13,471 bases of DNA from Tubiluchus corallicola (lineage: Eukaryota > Animalia > Priapulida): NCBI GenBank assembly GCA_030141605.1, contig JAQGDQ010002140.1:1-13471 (forward strand), in the 5' to 3' direction. Position numbers and translations under genes: made by a program. Position 1 is the first letter of the stretch. Every line of letters begins with the position of its first letter. This document shows, one piece after another, positions 1-9,796 of the stretch. The notes under the pieces were generated by a model. The model was not told where the DNA came from. It worked only from the letters and a program-made list of their open reading frames with translations, and searched no databases.

Positions 1-53
1 AGAGAAGAGAGAGAGAAAAGAAAGAAAGACAGAGAGAGACAGACAGATAGACA
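1..53. repeat. GA-rich simple repeat at the window edge (mirror 13421-13471)
   Basis: AGAGAAGAGAGAGAGAAAAG...GACAGACAGATAGACAG. Confidence 0.85.
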
Positions 54-717
54 GCAAATATTTGTTCTAACTAGCATTACAAATCTTCCACGTCTGGACT
101 GTTTGGGCTTTCAAAAACCAAATTCAAAGCTCGATTAAATTTTGCTCTTTCTTTGCTCTTTATTTGCCAAAACATGTCATTCCATCTAAATATCAGAAAT
201 TAGTGCCAAAAATAACAAAAAATAACAATAGCCAAAAATCAATTTTACATAATTAAGAGTTATACACTGCACTGTCGTATTAATTAATACCTAGCTGTTA
301 ATTTAAACTAAATTTAAGTTTTATTAAAGTAATTAGAGAATATACATACGTTATTAGCCCCAAATCATGAGCAATTGTAAACAGATAACGACAATATCTT
401 ATAACATATCATGACACGTCTTCACTTCACAGTAGGCCTCTGACCAAGATCAAATTGATCACGTGATTAGGCCAAAAAAACGCCTCAAGGTGGCCAAAGC
501 CAACAACAAGTGAAAGCCGCCAAGCACGCCAATGCAAGATTTCCAGTACAACTAGATTAAACAATATTTTTCAAACTCCAACAAACTTATAACTATTTAA
601 TAAGATAATTTAGAAATAGCTGAAAAATATATATCACATATTACTATTTATAGGTTTAAAAATAAATACAAGAAGTTTACTGTAATAATTACTGTAATAA
701 TAAATATCACAACGAAT

Positions 718-1079
718 AAGCCTTTTCACAGTTCCAGTGATTGATGATGATCGTGAAAAGGTTAAGTGTACCAGACAACGTATTTGTGTACACTTGACGA
801 CGCCTCGCAGCCCATGCTATTGTAATAGTAACAGTTTTAACATCTACCTAGAAACCTTATCTAGTTCATTTTTTCTTGTTCCCAAGCAAGATCCAGCTAG
901 TAAATCAATCTACGCAGAGACTAATGCATAATTAAGTAATGCCCACGTAACACAACTGAAGTTACTGAACTGGTGCGGCAGACGGCTTTGCTTTTCCACA
1001 CGCCACGGTTGCAGTTAAGACGCTTAACCTTTGACCTACAGTAACAGCGCGTGCGCACAACGAAACTGTGATAAGCTTT
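718..1079. mobile_element. 362-bp non-autonomous TIR element (MITE family A), left-arm copy
   Basis: Imperfect TIRs AAGCCTTTTCACAGTT / AACTGTGATAAGCTTT, flanked by AT on both sides (716-717, 1080-1081). An independent diverged copy at 7506-7887 shares the same boundaries. Confidence 0.8.
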
Positions 1080-1244
1080 ATAGGAGTACTGATAGACGAG
1101 AGTGTGAGGAAACCGGATGAATGGAGCAGACAAACGAATAAATGATTGGATAAACGAGCGGTAGCAGAATTGATAATGACACTTTTGAGATTAGTTTGTA
1201 CATTAGGTGCACGAACAAATGTTTCAGAGTTGCTGCTGATCAAC

Positions 1245-1815
1245 CTACTTAACTACTTATTGACAAACCAACTGGCCAACCAACAAACCAAGCAAGCAAA
1301 CAACTAGCCGACCAACAAACCAACAAACTAACAAACGAACCAGCCAACCAACCAACTAACTAACCAGTGACCAAACAAGCCACCAAGCAGCTAGCATGCT
1401 AGCCAAGCAACCGACCTGTCCACCAACTGACCGACCAACCAAGCAAGCAAGCAACTAGCCGACCAACAAACTAACAAACAAACAAGCCAACCAGCCAACC
1501 AAGCAACCAACCAACAACTAACCAGTGACCAAACAAGCCACCAAGCAGCTAGCATGCTAGCCAAGCAACCGACCTGTCCACCAACTGACCGACCAAGCAA
1601 GCAAGCAAGCAACTAGCCGACCAACAAACTAACAAACAAACAAGCCAACCAGCCAACCAACTAACTAACTAACCAATGACCAAACAAGCCACCAAGCAGC
1701 GAGCCTGCAAGCCAGGCAACCGACCTGTCCACCAACTGACCGACCCACCAACCAACCAACCGGTCACTCAGTAAACTAACCGACCAGCAGGCAAACAAGC
1801 AGTGTCAACTAAACC
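1245..1815. repeat. AACC/AAGC/AAAC tetranucleotide-derived minisatellite with three ~151-158-bp higher-order units
   Basis: CAACTAGCCGACCAACAAAC at 1301, 1452, 1610; (G/A)TGACCAAACAAGCCACCAAGCAGC at 1367, 1525, 1676. Confidence 0.92.
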
Positions 1816-2229
1816 GATTGTTCACTATGTATATGGGAGCGTTAATACAAAATTGTATGCGTCATTTTGAACAGCGCCCTCTGAAATATGATTTTCATAA
1901 ATCCTGCTAGATCTTATGCAAATTAATCATTAAATCTCACCCCCCCTCTCTTTTTAAAAGCATATTCAGCTTGCTAAACGGAGGTTATAGTAAAACCACA
2001 TTTTATCCAGGGATAAAAGTCTCCAACGACGCCTCGCGCAGCCATAGCCATAAAAAACTATGAATTTTCATAAATTATCTCTAAGAAATATAGTTTCATT
2101 AATTTGCGACGGTTGAGTGGCCGGGTAACGACCTCTTGCGGATTTTATTGGCAATTTTTATAATCGAGCGAATCCGCCATTTTTATTTTAAACGAGAAAC
2201 AAACGCGAAGCCATTTTGTAAGTCGATCG

Positions 2230-3004
2230 TAGAGGCGTAACAAGAGGGGGGGTGGAAAGGAGGTAAATGCCCCTGTGCGCAAGGGTGAGAGGACGCAAAA
2301 TTTTTCTAGAGTTCAATGACTGTTAATTATTAATTACTAATTTCCGACATTAACAAAATAACCAGCAAAGGCCCAGCAAAAAATTTTGCTTATAAATACA
2401 CTTATAATCAAAAATGCGCGAGCACTCTACCTAGTTTTTGTCTGTTTATCTAACGCAAAGCCAGCAGCTTTTACTGAATTTAACAAAAGTTTTCAAACTA
2501 CAACATAATTGCTTAGTCAGAGATCATCGTAGCTGACTTAATTACTACATACAGCCTAGAAAAAGGCTAATGTTGTTACGTAACAGCGTGTTTAGGGTGT
2601 CCATGTGGCTTAGCAGATTGATAATTTTGGGAGAAATAGTGACGTTTCTCTAAATGCAGATTGTATTATTGTGAAAACCTGTACTGTTCAGTATCTTTCA
2701 TAATCTTTGCATGTTTTAATGCTGTGGAACCAAATGTTTAACGACTGTCGTGTTATGAGTAATTAATGCATAGAAAAAAGAATTACTCTGCTGCAGTACC
2801 GCAAATCAAACTCAGGGTGATTCTTAGAAAAAATTCGTTTCTCTTTATCCCATCATGTCAAAAAGGAGAGTCGGGCTGAGGGACGCAAAACGCGTACAAT
2901 TTGTGGCTTCATCCAAATGATCAAAACTTTTTAAAGGGGTAGGGCACCAGAAGTTTTCTGCACCCGCGGGCGCGCACTGCACTCGCTAGTTGCTACGCCA
3001 CTTG
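2230..3004. mobile_element. Degraded non-autonomous hAT-like DNA transposon (~775 bp)
   Basis: Ends TAGAGGCGTAACAA... and ...TTGCTACGCCACTTG resemble the CAGTGGCGTAGC-type TIR. G-rich subterminal GGTAAATGCCCC; GGACGCAAAA repeated at 2291 and 2881; AT-rich interior; no intact 8-bp TSD. Confidence 0.55.
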
Positions 3005-3204
3005 TCAGCTATTAGTCGCGTTCTTGTACGCATGCGCGGGACTGCTCTAATTAGCTTAACATGACGGAGAAATTATGCAAATTTGAATGTTGTTAAATAA
3101 GAGTGGGTGGAAAACGTATTGTTCAGAGGCAATTTTGCAAAACGTTAAATTAGCATAATTTGTTGAGCAATGCATATTATACATGCGGTGATATGATGAA
3201 CATA

Positions 3205-3250
3205 CAGCACGTGACTGCAGTATTACACAGCACGTGACTGCAGTATTACA
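3205..3250. repeat. Perfect 23-bp tandem duplication CAGCACGTGACTGCAGTATTACA x2
   Basis: Units at 3205-3227 and 3228-3250; mirrored at 10230-10275. Confidence 0.95.
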
Positions 3251-3296
3251 TTGCAAGTATTTTAAAGGACTCCAGACTACATTGTTCCAGAATACA

Positions 3297-3680
3297 TTCT
3301 CCTTTTGTTTTCCTTGCATTTTTTCTGTTATTTTGTCTGTTCTTTCGTTCTTTATTTTTGTTCTCCTTTTCGTTCTTTCGCTCTTTTTCTTTGTTGCTTC
3401 AAACTTCTACTATCACTTTACTTTTTCTTTCTGCAAATCTTTTCTTTTGCCTTTTCCTTTCTTCTTTCGTGTTTTTCTCCTTTCTTTCTTTTGTAATTCC
3501 TTCTTTCTTGTCTTTCGCCTTTCTTTCTTGCGTTCTCCCTTCTTTTTACTCTTCTCCTTTCTTTCTTCTGCTTTTCTTTTTTCTTGTCTTTCGCCTTTCT
3601 TTCTTGCCTTCTCCGTTCTTTTTTACTCTTCTCCTTTCTTTCCTGTGCTTTTCTTCTTTCTTGTTTTTCTCCTTTTCTTC
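3297..3680. repeat. Polypyrimidine (TTTC-like) low-complexity tract with a ~76-bp internal tandem duplication
   Basis: TCTTTCGCCTTTCTTTCTTGC at 3511 and 3587; mirrored at ~9800-10183. Confidence 0.9.
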
Positions 3681-3683
3681 CGC

Positions 3684-4160
<477 letters not shown>

Positions 4161-4219
4161 ACGAGTAGGAACAATTGGCATAAAAATGAACACCCTAGTT
4201 TGAAAAAAGACAAAACTGT

Positions 4220-4390
4220 GTTCGAAAATGGCGACCACGAAAATAATGAAGCCAAAAGGTTTTGATGCTAAATTTTCTGATCTGCAGAGATATTTTAACA
4301 ATTATTTTGCGCACTCGATCGTAAACTATCCTGTCCAGACCGCTTTACAGTCCAGACGGCGCCACGGATCTCTGATGACGTCACTGAAAT
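4220..4390. promoter_or_regulatory. Possible promoter-like island (YY1-like AAAATGGCG, CRE TGACGTCA), mirrored at ~9065-9235
   Basis: AAAATGGCG at 4225-4233, TGACGTCA at 4376-4383, CpG-rich. Motif match only. Confidence 0.25.
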
Positions 4391-4595
4391 CGTTTAATAA
4401 CTCGAGCAGTCGTAAAAATAAAACTAATCCTGGAAATTGAAAGGCGTTTAAAGAGAGGGTTCAGTTGTGAAACATCGATATTATCCTGAGCGTTTTATAA
4501 GCCTAATTGCTATGATAGACGTGTGGAAAGCGTTTCACTTCACAACACTTCAAGAAACATTTCATTTGACAATGTTTGACAAGCCAGAAACCTTT

Positions 4596-5207
<612 letters not shown>

Positions 5208-5925
5208 CCACCGTCCCGGTAGTGTACAAAGTAGAGTTCTGCAATAGCAATGTTCTAAAAAATAATTTTTGTTACATAAAAACATAAAATTTTTTGTTAT
5301 TTAAATACATAAAATGAAATGTGAATGTTCTCTATAAGTTAATCAAGGCATCGTGGCTGATCCTAACTGAACAACAGCGAGACGATTTGTGCCTATGAAC
5401 AATATTTCGCCCAAAGATTTTTACTATTATTCGAATACGCAATAATCTGAACAGTTTGTAAATTCCTACTGCTATGGACTTTTCCACAAATGCAACAGAA
5501 ACACGTGAAATCGAATGAGAAATCACGTGGACCTCACGTGATATTGATCGATCGATCGCGTCTGATCGTCGGAGTTGAAGGAGAGTTCATCGTTTAGCCG
5601 GCTGCGGGGTGATCTTGTACGAGCTTTCGTTTTCGTACGGCTGTTTGAGTAGGTGGCATCATGACATCCGCGATGAAGCCATAGCAAGGTACAGGGTGTC
5701 CAGAAATGTGACTCGCGACACAAAAATTAGCAAATTATCACAATGTACCATATCACCATACAAGAATCATATTTCGTTGTTCACATTGTTATTCATTGAT
5801 CGTTATTCATATTTCGTTGATCGTTACTCATGCATTGCTGGCCACTGTTTTTCCCAAAACAGTTAGATATTTATTTTTCACGCGGATACATTAAAATAGT
5901 AAATAAACAATGTTTATGCAATGAT

Positions 5926-7109
5926 TTTTTAGATCTAAGTAAAGCTTTTGACAGCCTCGATCACAATTTACTACTAGACAACTTACGCCACCTAGGATTA
6001 GATTATACTTCTCTCAAACTAATTAATAATTACCTACACAATAGAAAACAAAGAGTCAAGCTGAACAAACACACTTTTTCAACATGGGACACACCACAGA
6101 GAGGCATCCCGCAAGGCACGATATTAGGTCCTTCACACTTTTGTTTATATGTTAATAAAATTCATTTAGTTTTACATAATTCAGACTTAACACAATATGC
6201 CGATGATACAACTATCTATACAGCACACGCAGACTTTCTAACATCAAAAAATAATCTAGAAAAAGACATAACAAATATAAATGCAGCATTTAACTATTTT
6301 GGTTTAAAAATGAATGATGATAAGACAGAATTTATGGTAATATCACCCAAATCAAATGACATTACTTCTAATGCAACACTAAAAGTAGGTGACTGTTCCA
6401 TAGAATTCCAAGCAAAAATGTAAAATTTTTAGGCATTACTGTCGATAATAAACTCACTTGGGATGAACAGTTTCAACAAATACACAAGAAGATGGCATTA
6501 AGCACGGCATTCTTACGCCAAACCAGAGGCCATCTGACCAAGAAAACAAAAATTCTCATCTACAAAAGTCTAATATTACCACATTATCTGTATGGTGCAA
6601 CTTTACTTCAAAACGTTAAGAATGAAAGCTTTAGAAAACTAAATACAATGCAAAACTACGCACTTAGATTAATTCATGGCTATTCTAATAAAACTGCTAA
6701 ACAACATGCTGCATCTGCAACAAGCTTAAGAACGTCCACAAAAATACCAATATTAGAAGCCTATCGAGATTACAAAACACTGATATTTCTTTATAAATAT
6801 ATCAACAAACTGAGCATTCAATTTATAAACAATCCCTTAGCATTCATTCCTGTTACCACTTTAAACAATAGAACACACAATTTAAAGCAAATTACAGTAA
6901 ACAACAAATTTGGAAATAACTCTATATCAAAACAGGACATACATTTATGGAATTCACTACCCAGTGAAATAAAACAAATAGAATCTCTCCACCACTTTAA
7001 AAAGAAATTAAAAGAATATCAATATAACAGGTTTCAACTTCCACATTGTGCATCTGATACTAATTACACAGACTCAATTTTCATCTACCCCGCCCCTGAC
7101 TCCATATAA
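5926..7109 (+). pseudogene. Partial LINE ORF2: reverse transcriptase domain and C-terminal region, lacking the endonuclease and RT N-terminus, with one frameshift at ~6414-6418
   Basis: FLDLSKAFD (5926), NRKQRV, GIPQGTILGP (6103-6132), YADD (6196-6207), KTEFM. After a -1 shift: NVKFLGITVDNKLTW (from 6417), then IYKSLILPHYLYG and WNSLPSEIK...FKKKLK, all typical of CR1/L2-group ORF2. Confidence 0.93.
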
Positions 7110-7423
7110 CGATTAAAAATGTAAAATTAAAAAAAAAGTATGTAATGTAAAACATGTTTCTGTTAATTGTGTCATGTTAGATGTATATATAGTGCAAAAT
7201 ATGTCTTGTAAAATTTAATGTTTTTTTTGTAATATTGTTTTGTAAAAATATTTTAATATTGTGTTTGTAAATATGTTCATTTATTGTATATAATTAGGCC
7301 TTAGTTTTACACTTTAGTTTTTTTAGTCTGCACTGGACGCATTTGTCTTGAACAGTGTTGTTTTTAACATTACGCAGAGGCTTACTCAATTTTATTATAA
7401 TGAGTGAACCATTTTTAATGACA

Positions 7424-7431
7424 AATAAAGA

Positions 7432-7459
<28 letters not shown>
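7424..7459 (+). repeat. AATAAA followed by (AT)14 tail ending the LINE copy
   Basis: CAAATAAAGAATATATA...; short tandem-repeat tails are usual for CR1/L2-group elements. Confidence 0.75.
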
Positions 7460-7462
<3 letters not shown>

Positions 7463-7505
7463 CCATTGTTCATGTAAAACGTGTAAGCTAACAATGCTAG
7501 GCAAA

Positions 7506-7887
7506 ATGCTATTTCACAGTTTAGTTGTGCGCATGCGCAGTTGCTGCAGGTCAAAGGTTAAATACACCTCAGCAACGCGTGTTAACTACAACCGTCACGT
7601 GACTGAGTAAAGCAAAGCCGTCTGCCGAGTCAGCTCAGTAACTTCAATTGTTTTACGTGAGCTTTACTTAATTATGCATTAGCCTGTGCGTATGGTGATT
7701 TACTAGCAGGACCTTTTGCTTGGGAACAAGAAAAGATGAACTAGGTAAGGTTCTAGCTAACTGTTAAAACTGTCACTATTATAACAGCTTGGACTACGAG
7801 GCGTTGCCAAGTGTAAACATTGTCTGGTACACTTAACCTTTGACCTCTTCACGATCATCATCAATCGCTGGAACTGTGAAAAGGCTT
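7506..7887. mobile_element. MITE family A, diverged third copy in the spacer (same orientation as the right-arm copy)
   Basis: Colinear with 12398-12759 (AAAGCAAAGCCGTCTGCCG, TTGCTTGGGAACAAGAAAA, TCACGATCATCATCAATC, GGAACTGTGAAAAGGCTTATT). Homology stops at the TIRs, and there are many substitutions and indels. Confidence 0.85.
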
Positions 7888-8283
7888 ATTAACAGCTATT
7901 TGTCAAACGCTATTTAATTGGAGATAATTCTCTTTAAGCAAATTATTAAATAACTGTTGCTACATTGGTTCAGTGACCAAATAAAAACAAACTGCTTCTC
8001 AATATGCTTTCACGCCTGGACGACTTCTGGCGCCGGAAATCCGCGTCGAAACGGTTTCGAATAATAGTAAAAATCTTTGGGCGAAATATTGTTCATAGGC
8101 ACAAATCGTCTCGCTGTTGTTCAGTTAGGATCAGCCACGATGCCTTGATTAACTTATAGAGAACATTCACATTTCATTTTATGTATTTAAATAACAAAAA
8201 TTTTTATGTTTTTATGTAACAAAAATTATTTTTTAGAACGTTGCTATTGCAGAACTCTACTTTGTACACTACCGGGACGGTTG

Positions 8284-8292
8284 GACAACAAC

Positions 8293-8326
<34 letters not shown>

Positions 8327-8330
8327 GCAG

Positions 8331-8362
<32 letters not shown>

Positions 8363-8430
8363 ACAACAGCAGCAGCAGCAGCAACAACAACAACAACAAC
8401 AACAACAAAAGCAGCAGCAGCAGCAGCAGC

Positions 8431-8502
<72 letters not shown>

Positions 8503-8643
8503 AACAACAACAACAGCAGCAGCAGCAACAACAACAACATCAACAACAAAAACAACAACAACAACAGCAACAAAAACAACATCAACAACAACAGCAACAA
8601 AAACAACATCAACTACAAAAACAACAACAAAAACAACATCATC

Positions 8644-8674
<31 letters not shown>

Positions 8675-8804
8675 GCAACAAAAACAACATCAACAACAGC
8701 AACAAAAACAACATCAACAACAACAACAAAAACAACATCAACAACAAAAACAACATCAACAACAAAAACAACAACAACAACAACAACAGCAACAAAAACA
8801 ACAT

Positions 8805-8837
<33 letters not shown>

Positions 8838-8859
8838 AAACAACGACAACGATAACAAC
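8284..8859. repeat. Compound (AAC/AGC/ATC/AAA) array (mirror, 36 bp shorter)
   Basis: Reverse complement of 4596-5207 with triplet-unit length changes. Confidence 0.97.
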
Positions 8860-9294
8860 AAAGGTTTCTGGCTTGTCAAACATTGTCAAATGAAATGTTT
8901 CTTGAAGTGTTGTGAAGTGAAACGCTTTCCACACGTCTATCATAGCAATTAGGCTTATAAAACGCTCAGGATAATATCGATGTTTCACAACTGAACCCTC
9001 TCTTTAAACGCCTTTCAATTTCCAGGATTAGTTTTATTTTTACGACTGCTCGAGTTATTAAACGATTTCAGTGACGTCATCAGAGATCCGTGGCGCCGTC
9101 TGGACTGTAAAGCGGTCTGGACAGGATAGTTTACGATCGAGTGCGCAAAATAATTGTTAAAATATCTCTGCAGATCAGAAAATTTAGCATCAAAACCTTT
9201 TGGCTTCATTATTTTCGTGGTCGCCATTTTCGAACACAGTTTTGTCTTTTTTCAAACTAGGGTGTTCATTTTTATGCCAATTGTTCCTACTCGT

Positions 9295-9796
<502 letters not shown>

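Larger units (their letters stand above)
5926..7459 (+). mobile_element. 5'-truncated non-LTR retrotransposon (CR1/L2-group, Crack/Daphne-like)
   Basis: RT coding remnant 5926-7109, AT-rich 3' UTR, stem-loop 7379-7410, AATAAA 7424-7429, (AT)n tail 7432-7459, candidate TSD ATGAT at 5921-5925 and 7458-7462. Clade assigned from motif resemblance only. Confidence 0.88.
5436..8055. other. Non-duplicated 2620-bp spacer (loop) of the palindrome
   Basis: No mirrored counterpart. Contains the LINE fragment and a third MITE copy. Confidence 0.95.

Noticed and set aside
277-290. Palindrome GTATTAATTAATAC and 12-bp tandem at 677-700
   Set aside because: Short and AT-rich; unremarkable at this base composition.
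737-1243. Short ORFs of 64-93 aa (and other short ORFs at 1391, 3056, 5332-5866, 7294 and mirrors)
   Set aside because: No recognisable domains, several lie in repeats, and their lengths are expected by chance.
1290-1760. CRISPR array
   Set aside because: Units are tandem low-complexity repeats without unique spacers; no cas genes; eukaryotic context.
1872-1883. CTCF-like site CAGAGGGCGCTG (minus strand; mirror ~11597-11608)
   Set aside because: Lacks the upstream CCA/CCG part of the motif; partial match only.
5690-5701. TA-CAGGGTGTCC, a Tc1/mariner-like terminus
   Set aside because: No matching opposite end found in the spacer.
5830-5925. ATG at 5830 (and ATG at 6492) as real gene starts
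   Set aside because: Residues before FLDLSKAFD show no convincing RT similarity and lie outside the candidate TSD; 6492 is an internal Met after the frameshift.
5830-7109. RT flanked by inverted repeats as a retron-, DGR- or other novel RT system
   Set aside because: The motifs and C-terminus are typical of eukaryotic CR1/L2-group LINEs. The copy is truncated, frameshifted, has its own 3' tail and is off-centre in the loop, and nothing links it to the arms.
7506-7887. Inverted MITE copies as recombination substrate for the palindrome
   Set aside because: The junctions (5435, 8056) lie outside all MITE copies.
5436-8055. Missed hairpin-adapter read artefact as the cause of the palindrome
   Set aside because: The loop is 2.6 kb of genomic sequence and the arms differ by clustered substitutions. 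An amplification chimera or mis-assembly is still not excluded.
8284-8859. Polyglutamine coding frame (CAA/CAG)
   Set aside because: Interrupted by in-frame TAG and TAA in both arms.
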